Origin: a bacterium
Lineage (GTDB): Bacteria; Patescibacteriota; Microgenomatia; Curtissbacterales; GWA2-41-24
NCBI GenBank assembly: GCA_021813945.1
Contig: JAKAJD010000003.1
Span: 45,193-109,192, forward strand
Length of the DNA stretch: 64,000 nucleotides
Reading direction: 5' to 3'
Shown: in pieces, positions 48,057 through 57,924 of the stretch
Layout of the letters: every line of letters begins with the position of its first letter
Numbering within the stretch: the first letter of the stretch is position 1
Translations under genes and position numbers: made by a program
The notes under the pieces: model-generated
Databases searched by the model: none
What the model saw: the letters and a program-made list of their open reading frames with translations, nothing else
Told to the model about the DNA's origin: nothing

Positions 48057-49058
48057 ATGAAGAAACGGATTTTAACGGGAGATCGGCCTACAGGTCGCTT
48101 ACATTTAGGCCATTATGTTGGATCACTGAGAAATCGAGTGAAGCTTCAAGACGAGTATGAAACGTTCATTATGGTTGCCGACGTGCAGGCTTTAACTGAC
48201 AACTTCGAACATCCGGAAAAGTTAAAAGAAAATATCCGCGAAGTGGTTTTAGATTATCTTTCGGTTGGAATAGATCCTGCCAAAGCGACGATTTTTGTGC
48301 AGTCGAAGGTTCCAGAAATTGCAGAGCTGACTGTTTTTTATATGAATTTGGTAACTTTGGCACGGCTTGAGAGAAACCCCACAGTCAAGGATGAAATGAA
48401 GCAAAAAGGGTATGGATCCAACGTGCCTTTGGGCTTTTTGGCTTATCCCGTTTCGCAAGCTGCGGACATTACATTTTTGAAGGCAGATTTGGTTCCGGTT
48501 GGGGTTGATCAGGTTCCGATGATCGAACAGACGAGAGAGATTGTGCGCAAATTCAACGAACTTTACGGCAAAGTACTTGTTGAGCCGGAAGCTTTAGTTG
48601 GGGAGGTTGAAAGGCTGCCCGGTACTGATGGAAAAGCAAAAATGAGTAAAAGCCTAGGAAACGTGATTAATTTGGCCGATGATTCTGAAACTATTAGGAA
48701 ACAAGTAATGGGAATGTTTACGGATCCAAATCGGGTACATGGAGATGAACCAGGAGAAACGGAGAAGAATCCGGTATTTGTCTACCTTAGGGCATTTGCT
48801 GATAGGGGACAAAGCGAAAAAGTTGCAGAGATAGAAAGTAAGTACAAAAAAGGTGATATCAAAGATGTTGAGGTTAAGGAGTTTTTGGTCGAGGTTTTGG
48901 AGGAATTTTTAGAACCAATCAGAAAAAAAAGGGAAGAATTTGAAAGACAAAAGGATTTAGTAGATAGGATTCTTGAAGAGGGAACTCGAAAAGCAAGAGA
49001 AGAAGCAAAAAAGACTCTGGCCGAAGTAAAGCAGGCCATGAAGATTGATTACTTTTAA
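48057..49058 (+). CDS. trpS: Tryptophan--tRNA ligase
   Basis: [35 protein letters not shown]. Confidence 0.98.
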   Translation: MKKRILTGDRPTGRLHLGHYVGSLRNRVKLQDEYETFIMVADVQALTDNFEHPEKLKENIREVVLDYLSVGIDPAKATIFVQSKVPEIAELTVFYMNLVTLARLERNPTVKDEMKQKGYGSNVPLGFLAYPVSQAADITFLKADLVPVGVDQVPMIEQTREIVRKFNELYGKVLVEPEALVGEVERLPGTDGKAKMSKSLGNVINLADDSETIRKQVMGMFTDPNRVHGDEPGETEKNPVFVYLRAFADRGQSEKVAEIESKYKKGDIKDVEVKEFLVEVLEEFLEPIRKKREEFERQKDLVDRILEEGTRKAREEAKKTLAEVKQAMKIDYF

Positions 49059-49115
49059 TTTCTATTTAGATTGCTGGCAATTTGGCTTTTGGAGTGATAA
49101 AATTGGCCTTTGACT

Positions 49116-51101
49116 ATGGCAAAAAACGGAGAAGAAAAATCGAAGACTGATAATTCGTCTGGCAATAAAGGGGGTCTAAGAAAGCCGCCTATTCCTAAGA
49201 TGAAGATAATTAAGATGCGCAAATCGTCTTCATGGAGAGGATTTTTAATCTATGCAGTTTTGGGGATTATCATTTTCGCCTTTTTCGCATTAACTGCAAA
49301 CCCAACAAACAAATTTAACGAGGTTAAGCCGATTTCGACTGTTATTTCGGATATAAAAGACAGTAAAGTCAAAAGCATTGAGATTGACGGCAACAAACTC
49401 AATGTTACTTTACACGAAGGTCAGACCTATTCTTCTAGAAAAGAGGATAATCAATCGTTTTTTACAGCATTACAGGCAGCACAGGTTGATCCGAGCAAGG
49501 TTGGCATTGAGGTTAAAGACACAACGCTTTCCCAAGCATGGATTACAATTTTGACCACATTTTTGCCGCTGGGGATAATCATTATTTTCTTTTTCCTGAT
49601 ATTTAGACAGGCAAGGGAAGGGGCTTCTTCTGTTTTTTCGTTTGGGCAATCTCGCGCCAAACAGTTTTCCAGTGATATGCCAAAGGTGACTTTTGCAGAT
49701 GTCGCCGGGGTTGACGAGGCGAAGCAGGAATTACAAGAGGTCGTGGACTTTTTGAAGCATCCGGAAAAGTACCGGGCAATTGGTGCCAGAACACCAAAGG
49801 GTGTGCTTTTGGTTGGGCCGGCAGGAACCGGAAAGACACTTTTGGCCAGGGCAGTTGCCGGGGAAGCGGGAGTGCCGTTTTTCTCAGTTGCTGGATCGGA
49901 ATTCATGGAAATGCTTGTTGGAGTTGGAGCAGCCAGAGTACGTGACCTTTTCGGCCAAGCTAAAAAAGGCGCGCCGGCCATTATTTTTATAGACGAGATT
50001 GAATCAATAGGCAGAATGCGTGGCATGGGATTTTCTGGTGGGCACGACGAGCGTGAACAAACTTTGAACCAGATTCTTGTGGAAATGGACGGTTTTGCGC
50101 CAAACGACTCGGTAATGGTTATGGCTGCAACCAACAGACCCGATCTTCTTGATCCTGCACTGACTCGGCCAGGCAGGTTTGACAGGCGGGTTGCTTTGGA
50201 TTTGCCGGATATCGAAGGCAGAAAAGCGATTATCAAAATTCACATGAAGGGTAAACCGTTTGCCAAAGAGGTTGATATAGACAGACTTGCTTCCAGAACC
50301 GTTGGGTTTTCCGGAGCAGATCTAGCAAACATGTTAAACGAAGCGGCAATTTTGGCTGCACGGGATTCCAGAAAAGAAATAAATAACGTAGATTTGGAAG
50401 AGGCGGCAACGAAGGTAAAGCTCGGACCGCAAAGAAGAAGGATGCAATCTCAAGATGAAAAGAGACTGACTGCATATCATGAGGGTGGTCATGCAATAGT
50501 TGCACACTTTTTGCCGCATGTTGACCCGGTTCATCGGATATCGATAGTTGCTCGAGGAATGACAGGGGGTCACACGTTGGTGCCACCCTCGATCGATAGA
50601 TATACGGAAACAAAAACTAGGCTTGTTGAGCGAATTGCGACACTTATGGGTGGACGCGTTGCAGAGGAATTAGTTTCGGGTGAATACACAACCGGTGCAG
50701 CTTCAGATTTAGAAATTGCCTCAGGGATAGCCCGCGAAATGGTAACTGAGTTTGGCATGAGTGATTTAGGACCAACTGTCTTTTCGCCGAGAGCACAATA
50801 CGGACTTTGGCCGGGGCTTGGCGCTGAACAGCAGCAGGTATCACCGGATCTGGCGAGCAAAATAGACAAGGAAGTTACAAAACTAATTGATGCCGGTTAT
50901 AAAAATGCTAAAGAGGTTATTTTGAAAAACCGTGGGAAGTTGGATAGGGTTGCAGAAGCTTTGATAGAGCGTGAGACTTTGGAGCGCGACGATTTTGAAA
51001 AAATTGTAGGAAAGCCGACTTCAAACGGAGAGATTAAGTTTAGAGGAACAGCTGCCAAAATTGGAATTAAGATAAAACCTTCTAGAACTGCCCAAGCATA
51101 A
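49116..51101 (+). CDS. ftsH: ATP-dependent zinc metalloprotease FtsH
   Basis: Two TMs, [38 protein letters not shown]. Confidence 0.98.
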   Translation: MAKNGEEKSKTDNSSGNKGGLRKPPIPKMKIIKMRKSSSWRGFLIYAVLGIIIFAFFALTANPTNKFNEVKPISTVISDIKDSKVKSIEIDGNKLNVTLHEGQTYSSRKEDNQSFFTALQAAQVDPSKVGIEVKDTTLSQAWITILTTFLPLGIIIIFFFLIFRQAREGASSVFSFGQSRAKQFSSDMPKVTFADVAGVDEAKQELQEVVDFLKHPEKYRAIGARTPKGVLLVGPAGTGKTLLARAVAGEAGVPFFSVAGSEFMEMLVGVGAARVRDLFGQAKKGAPAIIFIDEIESIGRMRGMGFSGGHDEREQTLNQILVEMDGFAPNDSVMVMAATNRPDLLDPALTRPGRFDRRVALDLPDIEGRKAIIKIHMKGKPFAKEVDIDRLASRTVGFSGADLANMLNEAAILAARDSRKEINNVDLEEAATKVKLGPQRRRMQSQDEKRLTAYHEGGHAIVAHFLPHVDPVHRISIVARGMTGGHTLVPPSIDRYTETKTRLVERIATLMGGRVAEELVSGEYTTGAASDLEIASGIAREMVTEFGMSDLGPTVFSPRAQYGLWPGLGAEQQQVSPDLASKIDKEVTKLIDAGYKNAKEVILKNRGKLDRVAEALIERETLERDDFEKIVGKPTSNGEIKFRGTAAKIGIKIKPSRTAQA

Positions 51102-51115
51102 ATTTTGATTAAAAA

Positions 51116-51553
51116 ATGGCAGAAAGACAACGAATGCATTTGCATGAACTTGCGAGATTGATTCCGCGTGACACTGAGCGGAGGCTATTTGCTATGCGCT
51201 TCGTTGAGTCAATGGCTGATGTTGATTTTGAAGGTGTTGTTGTTTCAATGAGGAGGCATTCGATTAGAAGTGAAGGCGATCCATTGTTTTATGTGATTTC
51301 AATGAATAAGGATCCTGAAGTTGTTGATTGCTTAAGGCGAAAAGTCCAATGGATTATTGAAGGAACATGTTGCAGTGGTTTTCAACAAGAACAGTTAGGA
51401 AATGTAGGCGTTTTTAGTATGGCTGATTTTACCAGTTATAAAACACGTCATGAATTTGCTTTCGAGCCGGTCACTGTGCTTCTTGAGAAGGGTCCACAAA
51501 ATCTTTTGGCAACTCATATGCCTGGAACGATTTTAAACAATGATTTAAATTAA
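51116..51553 (+). CDS. Hypothetical protein
   Basis: 145-aa ORF; no recognised motif. Confidence 0.5.
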   Translation: MAERQRMHLHELARLIPRDTERRLFAMRFVESMADVDFEGVVVSMRRHSIRSEGDPLFYVISMNKDPEVVDCLRRKVQWIIEGTCCSGFQQEQLGNVGVFSMADFTSYKTRHEFAFEPVTVLLEKGPQNLLATHMPGTILNNDLN

Positions 51554-51571
51554 TTGTGCTAGAATTTGGGC

Positions 51572-52516
51572 ATGAATTCTTCAAGAGTCCTTCTGCTTGT
51601 TGATGGCAATAACCTCTTTCACCGTGCTTACCATGCTTTGCCGCCTTTGACCGATAAAACTGGGGAAAATGCAAATGCTGTTTTTGGATTTTCTAACATG
51701 ATTTTGAAAGCAATTGGCGAGGTCAAACCGGATTATATTGCGTGTGCTTTTGATACCAAGGCACCGACTTTTCGGCATGTTGAGTTTGAAGCATACAAGG
51801 CGCAAAGGGTCGCGCCTCCACCAGATCTTTATCCACAACTACCGAAGGTTAAATCTGTCCTTGATGCTTTTGGAATCAAATATTTCGAAAAGGCGGGATA
51901 TGAGGCGGACGATTTGTTGGCATCAATTGCGACAAAAGTCCTTACGGGTTCCGAGAGAATCAGCATCGTAATTTTGTCCGGCGACCGGGATTTGTTGCAA
52001 ATGGTGGACGGAAGTATAAAGGTTCAAATGCCCGGATGGAACCTGCAGACGACAACCCTATTTGGATCGGCTGAGGTTAGGGAAAAATACGGTTTGGAGC
52101 CGCATCAAATGGTTGATTATAAGTCTATGACGGGTGATCCTTCGGATAACGTGCCGGGAGTAGCTGGAATTGGCCCCAAAACCGCCTCAACTTTATTACA
52201 AAAATATCATACCCTTGAGGGGATTTATAAAAACTTAGACGAAATTGCTGAAAGTACAAGGGTGAAACTTCAAAAAGATAAAGAGGTGGCACTAGCTGCG
52301 AAAAAGCTGGTGGCTTTAGATACAGATGTAGATATGCGATTTACGATTTACGATTTACGATTTAAACCAGATTGGGAGAAGGTCAGAGTTGAATACGAAG
52401 ATCTTGGATTTAGATCAATAGTCAATAAGTTACCAGGGGCCAGTGACCAGAGACCAGAGAAGGTTTCCGAATCCAAATCAGAAAAGAAAAAGAGCGATCA
52501 ATTAGAGCTAATCTAA
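51572..52516 (+). CDS. Stand-alone 5'-3' exonuclease (PolA N-terminal / flap endonuclease domain)
   Basis: LVDG....RAYHA, YKA.R, GYEADD, SGDRD, GDPSDNVPGVAGIGPKTA; no polymerase domain. Confidence 0.93.
   Translation: MNSSRVLLLVDGNNLFHRAYHALPPLTDKTGENANAVFGFSNMILKAIGEVKPDYIACAFDTKAPTFRHVEFEAYKAQRVAPPPDLYPQLPKVKSVLDAFGIKYFEKAGYEADDLLASIATKVLTGSERISIVILSGDRDLLQMVDGSIKVQMPGWNLQTTTLFGSAEVREKYGLEPHQMVDYKSMTGDPSDNVPGVAGIGPKTASTLLQKYHTLEGIYKNLDEIAESTRVKLQKDKEVALAAKKLVALDTDVDMRFTIYDLRFKPDWEKVRVEYEDLGFRSIVNKLPGASDQRPEKVSESKSEKKKSDQLELI
52337..52364 (+). repeat. Perfect heptamer repeat (CGATTTA)x4 in coding sequence
   Basis: Encodes RFTIYDLRF. Confidence 0.9.
52433..52460 (+). repeat. Degenerate heptamer repeat CCAGGGG CCAGTGA CCAGAGA CCAGAGA
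   Basis: Read directly; encodes PGASDQRPE. Confidence 0.65.
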
Positions 52517-53190
52517 TGAATTCCCAAATTAAAGCTGTAATTTTCGATTTCGACGGTTTACTGGTAAATACTGAAGAGTTAAGACTAATATCTTTTCAAC
52601 GCCTTCTCAAAAAATACAAAAAAAAGTTTAAAAGGCAAGATTATCTATTAAGCATGCTATCGAGGCATCCATTAAGCACGAGTGCTTTTTTAAAAGAAAA
52701 GTATCAGCTTGATGTAGGTTTGGAAAAGTTGCACAAGGAGAGACTGGAGATTTTTGATGAGTTATTTCATAAAAAACTTGTATTTAAAAAGGGTGCATTC
52801 GAACTTATTATTAAACTCAGAGACAAGTCAATAAAATGTGCAATCGCCACAGGTAGACGTAGATATTATATTGATGATGCCCTTAGTATGTTGGGTGTTG
52901 CTAAGCATTTTCAGGTTGTTGTTTCACCGGAAGATCTTATAAAAAGTGAAGGTAAACCTGATCCGGAGATATATTTAATTGCTGCTGAAAAGTTAGGTGT
53001 TGAACCTTGTGAATGCCTTGTTCTGGAGGATGCACCGCACGGGATAGAAGCGGCGAAAGCTGCGGGGATGAAGGCGATATACGTTCCGGATGCAAGATTT
53101 GTTGATACTTTCCACGAAAAAGCTGATCTAATTTTAAAAAACATGCATGAGCTGACAGACGAGGTCTTAGGGAGGTTAATCCATGGTTAA
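52516..53190 (+). CDS. HAD-family phosphatase (beta-PGM-like)
   Basis: FDFDGLL, KPDPEIY, LED...G..AA. Confidence 0.92.
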   Translation: MNSQIKAVIFDFDGLLVNTEELRLISFQRLLKKYKKKFKRQDYLLSMLSRHPLSTSAFLKEKYQLDVGLEKLHKERLEIFDELFHKKLVFKKGAFELIIKLRDKSIKCAIATGRRRYYIDDALSMLGVAKHFQVVVSPEDLIKSEGKPDPEIYLIAAEKLGVEPCECLVLEDAPHGIEAAKAAGMKAIYVPDARFVDTFHEKADLILKNMHELTDEVLGRLIHG

Positions 53191-53815
53191 GGCGGTGATT
53201 TTCGACTTTGATGGGCTTCTTTTTAATACAGAACCGGTTTGGGGGAAAACGCATGACGAATTTTTAAAACAGCACGATTTTTCGGATGTTGATGTGGGTG
53301 ATACTACCGGGATTGGGCTTCGGGATTTTATTTTGCTTCTTAAAGGTGAAGGCTTGGCTGGTAAAACCGATGAGCTTTTGGAGGAGTATAGGAAAATTTT
53401 TTACGAAAAGATGAGAGATCAGCAGGATATTTTGATGCCAGGATCTTTGGAAATACTGGAAAAAGCTCGAAAAAATGGCTTAACAATTGCTTTAAATTCG
53501 GGAGGCCACACAGAGCTTAAGCTAAGGGAAATGTTGGGGAATGAGAATATTCTGGATTATTTTGCTGTGATTGTTTCTTCGGATGATGTTTCCCGCGGCA
53601 AGCCGGCACCCGGCGTTTATCTTGAAACATTAAAAAAACTTGGACTTGAGGCAGAGGTTTGTTTAGCGTTTGAGGATTCTATAAACGGGGTTAAGTCTGC
53701 GGTGGGGGCCGGTGTTTCTGTTTGGGGAATTAACGCTGATTCAGATTGGAGAAGTGATTTAATTAAAGCAGGAGCGGAAAAAGTTTATTCTAGTCTGGGG
53801 GAGGTAGAGCTATGA
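53183..53815 (+). CDS. HAD-family phosphatase (beta-PGM-like), tandem paralog
   Basis: FDFDGLL, GKPAP..Y, FEDS.NG. Confidence 0.92.
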   Translation: MVKAVIFDFDGLLFNTEPVWGKTHDEFLKQHDFSDVDVGDTTGIGLRDFILLLKGEGLAGKTDELLEEYRKIFYEKMRDQQDILMPGSLEILEKARKNGLTIALNSGGHTELKLREMLGNENILDYFAVIVSSDDVSRGKPAPGVYLETLKKLGLEAEVCLAFEDSINGVKSAVGAGVSVWGINADSDWRSDLIKAGAEKVYSSLGEVEL

Positions 53816-54939
53816 AAGTCGCCTTAGTGCATGATTACCTGAATGAATTTGGCGGGGCGGAGCGAGTGCTTTTGGCGCTTTCGGAAATTTATCCCGATGC
53901 GCCGATTTATACGGCATTTTACCGTGAAGACTCACCTGCATATGAGCGCTTCAAGAAGAAAAAAATCATAACTTCGTGGGCGCAAAATGTGCCGTTTTTT
54001 GCTTCGAGGTTACATTCACCTTTAAGGTTTTTGGCGCCGATGGTTTGGGGAAATTTTGATTTTTCCAAGTTTGATGTTGTGATTGGGTCTAGCAGTTGGT
54101 ATGTCACAAAAGGATTTAAAAAAGGCAAAAAAACAGTTGAGATTTGCTACTGTCACACGCCGCCTAGGTATTTGTATGGATATCCCACAGCCTCAAGCCA
54201 AAAAGGAATCTTAATCAAAATTTATGCGGCATTGGTTAATCATTTTATGCGGGTTTACGATTTTGAAGCAGCGCAAAGAGTGGATTGGTTTATTGCCAAT
54301 TCAAAAGAGGTGACAGGGCGGATCAAGAAGTTTTACAGAAGGGATTCGACAGTGATTTATCCGCCGGTGGATGTTAGCAGGTTCGCGGGTCCTATCAGTA
54401 ACGGCGAATACTTTCTTGTAGTCTCAAGGTTAGTTGGGGCAAAAAACGTCGATTTGGCGGTAGACGTGTGTTCAAATTTAGGGCTCAAGCTTAAAGTAGT
54501 TGGGACCGGAAGAGACAAGGGGAAACTTGAAAGGATGGCCGGTGAAACAATTGAGTTTTTAGGTGATGTTGCCGATGAAGAACTGATAGGTTTATATCAA
54601 AATTGCCGCGCGTTGATTTTCCCCGCTTCACAGGAAGATTTCGGGATAGTGCCGGTTGAGGCAATGGCTGCAGGTCAGCCGGTGATTACTTTAGCGGAAG
54701 GTGGAGTTTTGGAATCGGTAATCGATTGGTCAGTTGGTGGGAAAGGGAAATGCACAGGTGTTTATTTTGACCCGGCAACAGCAGGATCTTTAACTTTGGC
54801 AATCAACAACTTCTTTAGTCTTGAGAAAAAAGGCTATTTCGATTCGGCATTCATCAAAAAACATGCTCAGAAATTTTCAAAAGAAAGATTTAAAGATGAG
54901 ATTAAGAAATTTGTAGCAAGTAAAGTCAAAAAAGCTTGA
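53812..54939 (+). CDS. Glycosyltransferase family 4 (WbaZ-like mannosyltransferase)
   Basis: VHDYL...GGAERV, YCHTPPRY, EDFGIVPVEAMA.G. Confidence 0.92.
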   Translation: MKVALVHDYLNEFGGAERVLLALSEIYPDAPIYTAFYREDSPAYERFKKKKIITSWAQNVPFFASRLHSPLRFLAPMVWGNFDFSKFDVVIGSSSWYVTKGFKKGKKTVEICYCHTPPRYLYGYPTASSQKGILIKIYAALVNHFMRVYDFEAAQRVDWFIANSKEVTGRIKKFYRRDSTVIYPPVDVSRFAGPISNGEYFLVVSRLVGAKNVDLAVDVCSNLGLKLKVVGTGRDKGKLERMAGETIEFLGDVADEELIGLYQNCRALIFPASQEDFGIVPVEAMAAGQPVITLAEGGVLESVIDWSVGGKGKCTGVYFDPATAGSLTLAINNFFSLEKKGYFDSAFIKKHAQKFSKERFKDEIKKFVASKVKKA

Positions 54940-54971
54940 AATTGTTCCTCTTTCGGGTTTAGGCTTAAAGT

Positions 54972-55247
54972 ATGGGTGGTGGACCTGAATTCTTCTTTTT
55001 TGAGCTGCATGGTGAAATTGCACATTCTCCGAAAAAACCCAGAAGCTTAAATTTCGCAAGTACGAGACGTTTGCCCGGATGGACGGGTGATGAAAGTAGC
55101 GGGATTGAGTCGTCGCGAGAATTAAAACAAACAAAGTCTAATTTGGATCAAAAAAATGCTGGAAGTGGCATTCCAGACGGTCCAGTGGTTGACGTAAAGG
55201 AATGGAAACCTGAAAAGTTTGATCTTCTATTGAGAGATATTCATTAG
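54972..55247 (+). CDS. Hypothetical protein
   Basis: 91-aa ORF filling the gap; no motif. Confidence 0.35.
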   Translation: MGGGPEFFFFELHGEIAHSPKKPRSLNFASTRRLPGWTGDESSGIESSRELKQTKSNLDQKNAGSGIPDGPVVDVKEWKPEKFDLLLRDIH

Positions 55248-55289
55248 ATTTATCTCTTTTTAATTTCTGCTATACTTTTTTAGATTAAT

Positions 55290-56246
55290 ATGAGTTCAAA
55301 TCCAGTTTTGGAAGTTAAAAACTTGGTTAAAAGATTCCCTTCGTCTAAGAGAGATTCAAAGGGCAAAGGGTTTGTTGTGGCGGTTGACGGAATTTCTTTT
55401 AGTGTTAAAGAGGGCGAAATAGTTGGACTTTTGGGACCAAACGGTGCAGGAAAAACGTCAACAATCCAAATGCTTTTGGGGGTTTTATCGCCGACATCCG
55501 GTAGCATTTCTTATTTCGGTAAAGATTTTGCCAGAAACAGGGAAGAGATATTAGGGCAAGTTAACTTCTGTTCAAGCTACATTAGGTTGCCCTGGAGTAT
55601 GACGGTTTTTGAAAACATGGATGTTGCGGCTAGGCTCTATGGGGTTAAAAACCGTAAAGAAAGAATTGCAAAATTACTGGCAATTTTTGAGATCGAGGCG
55701 TTTAGCAACAAATCAGTCGCCTCACTTTCTGCAGGTCAGCTGATGAGAACGGTTTTGGCCAAATCATTTATCAATTACCCACGTGTACTTTTGTTGGATG
55801 AGCCTACAGCAAGCCTTGACCAGGATGTAGCAGACAGGGTGAGAGAATTTTTAGAGAAGGAGAGGAAGGATTTCAATATGTCGATGCTTTTGACTTCACA
55901 TAACATGCGAGAAGTAGAGAAATTGTGTGACCGGGTCATATTTTTGAACAAGGGAAAAATTTTGGAAATTGGTACTCCGGAAAAACTTGCAGCTAAATTA
56001 CAAACTGCTAAAGTTGAACTTTGGATTGAGAAAAACGAACAAAAAGCCAGTAAATTATTTAAGAAACTTAGGCTCAAAGTTGAAAAAGAAGGCAAATACA
56101 CTCGAGTAGAGGTCAAAGAAAAAGAAGTAGCAAATTTTTTGGTAGTTCTGGGACAAAACGGTGTTGATTACCGAGAAATTAACATTGACAGGCCGGATTT
56201 AGAAGACTTTTTCCTAAAAGCAGCTAGGGAGGGCAAAAATGTTTAA
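55290..56246 (+). CDS. ABC-2 exporter ATP-binding protein
   Basis: GPNGAGKT, LSAGQ, LLDEPT, SH. Confidence 0.93.
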   Translation: MSSNPVLEVKNLVKRFPSSKRDSKGKGFVVAVDGISFSVKEGEIVGLLGPNGAGKTSTIQMLLGVLSPTSGSISYFGKDFARNREEILGQVNFCSSYIRLPWSMTVFENMDVAARLYGVKNRKERIAKLLAIFEIEAFSNKSVASLSAGQLMRTVLAKSFINYPRVLLLDEPTASLDQDVADRVREFLEKERKDFNMSMLLTSHNMREVEKLCDRVIFLNKGKILEIGTPEKLAAKLQTAKVELWIEKNEQKASKLFKKLRLKVEKEGKYTRVEVKEKEVANFLVVLGQNGVDYREINIDRPDLEDFFLKAAREGKNV

Positions 56247-57027
56247 TTTTGGGATCGTTATGGCGGTTATTGTAAGGCATCTTTACAACTTTAGGCATAA
56301 CCTCGACAGAATTTTTGATTCTTTTTACTGGCCTGCGATGGACATCTTGCTTTTCGGTTTTACGAGCGTTTTTATAATGCAAAGATCTGGGAATATTCCT
56401 CAACTTGTAACGGTACTTCTTTCGGGGCTTATTCTTTGGACTATCGTATGGCGTGGGCAGTATGAGATTACGGTTAACTTGTTAGAGGAATTTTGGAACC
56501 AGAATTTGGTTAATCTTTTTGCTTCACCTTTGAGGGTTCGTGAGTGGATTCTTGCCGTTTTCATTTTAGGCTTTGCAAAGATGTTTATTGCTGTTGGTTT
56601 TTCGGCATTTCTGGCTTACGTTATTTTTAAAGCCAATGTTTTTGTGCTTAGCTTTTGGCTTATTCCTTTTATGGTTAGTTTGCTTTTAACAGGCTGGGCT
56701 TTCGGGCTTTTGGTGGGGGGCTTAATTGTCTACTATGGACACAAAATCCAGGTATTGGCATGGAGCGGAATATTTATTATTGTGCCTTTTTCCGGAGTTT
56801 ATTATCCTATTTCAACTTTGCCAAAGTTTGCTCAGAAAGTCGCAATGTTTTTGCCAACAAGCTACATTTTTGAAGGCATGCGTTCGATCATTTTCAAAGG
56901 TGTATTTGACTTTAAATCCCTTTACATAAGTTTAAGCTTAGACGGAGTACTTATTGCCTTGGGTATAATGTTTTTTGTCTTTATGTTTAATAAAAGCAAA
57001 GAGAAAGGGCTTGCCAGGTTGGAATAA
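56239..57027 (+). CDS. ABC-2 exporter permease
   Basis: Six TMs, FSGVYYP...LP, P.SY.FE..R. Confidence 0.9.
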   Translation: MFNFGIVMAVIVRHLYNFRHNLDRIFDSFYWPAMDILLFGFTSVFIMQRSGNIPQLVTVLLSGLILWTIVWRGQYEITVNLLEEFWNQNLVNLFASPLRVREWILAVFILGFAKMFIAVGFSAFLAYVIFKANVFVLSFWLIPFMVSLLLTGWAFGLLVGGLIVYYGHKIQVLAWSGIFIIVPFSGVYYPISTLPKFAQKVAMFLPTSYIFEGMRSIIFKGVFDFKSLYISLSLDGVLIALGIMFFVFMFNKSKEKGLARLE

Positions 57028-57923
57028 TGCCGGAACTGCCGGAAGTCACAGTTATTGTTAATTCTTTAAACAAGGCCATTCGTGGCTTGGTTTTGGAGTC
57101 TGTGGAATACGACTGGAAGCCAAAGTTTTACTGGGGAAAGTTTTCGATAAAAGATTTAAAAGGATCAAAGGTAAAAGATGTTCGCAGACAAGGAAAGGTT
57201 ATTATTATTGATCTTTCAAACGGAATGTCGATTGTCATTCATCTTAAGTTGACGGGACAGTTAATTTATCAGGATAAAAAGATCAGGGTTTCCGGAGGGC
57301 ATCCGATTCCGCCATTAAATAAGCCTGTTCCAAACAGTACGACCCGGGTTACTTTTGCATTTACCAACGAAGGTCATTTGTATTTCAACGATATGCGCAA
57401 GTTTGGTTGGGTGAAGATTACCAAAAGTGATGAGGCATCTATAAAAGAGGCGATTGGCAAAGTTGAATTGGGACCGGATCCAATGGAAATGACGGAAACT
57501 GAGTTTTTGGATAGGATTAAAAAGAAGCCTCAACAAAGGATTAAAAAGCTTCTGATGGATCAGTCATTTGTGGCCGGAATCGGCAATATTTACAGTGATG
57601 AAGCACTTTGGAGAGCTAAAATTCATCCGAAAAGATCGATTGCCAGTTTATCTGATTCCGAAATTAAGGCGATTTTCAAAGGAATTCAAGACAGTTTCAA
57701 GCTGGCTATAGAAAAAGGCGGTTCGAGTGCCAATTCGTTTGTGGATGGACGTGGCGAGAAGGGGCTTTATTTGACGTTTGCCAAAGCTTATCATATGACA
57801 GGCAAACCATGCGCCCGTTGCGGAACAAAAATTGTCCGCCAAAAAATGGATGGCAGAAGCGCCCATTTTTGCCCCAAGTGTCAGGTCTTAACTAAGGAAA
57901 AACCTGCACTTAAGCTAATCTAG
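57027..57923 (+). CDS. mutM: Formamidopyrimidine-DNA glycosylase
   Basis: MPELPEV, HL.LTG, D.RKFG, GIGNIY.DE, C-terminal zinc finger. Confidence 0.97.
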   Translation: MPELPEVTVIVNSLNKAIRGLVLESVEYDWKPKFYWGKFSIKDLKGSKVKDVRRQGKVIIIDLSNGMSIVIHLKLTGQLIYQDKKIRVSGGHPIPPLNKPVPNSTTRVTFAFTNEGHLYFNDMRKFGWVKITKSDEASIKEAIGKVELGPDPMEMTETEFLDRIKKKPQQRIKKLLMDQSFVAGIGNIYSDEALWRAKIHPKRSIASLSDSEIKAIFKGIQDSFKLAIEKGGSSANSFVDGRGEKGLYLTFAKAYHMTGKPCARCGTKIVRQKMDGRSAHFCPKCQVLTKEKPALKLI

Positions 57924-57924
57924 A

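Noticed and set aside
49451-50236. Long antisense ORFs (also 61699-62223, 4087-4596, 18479-19087, 35132-35578, 25231-25683)
   Set aside because: Shadows of well-supported genes on the opposite strand with no recognisable motifs.
51572-52516. polA pseudogene truncated by the heptamer repeat
   Set aside because: The frame continues through the repeat into a plausible C-terminus, and the downstream DNA encodes HAD phosphatases rather than polymerase remnants.
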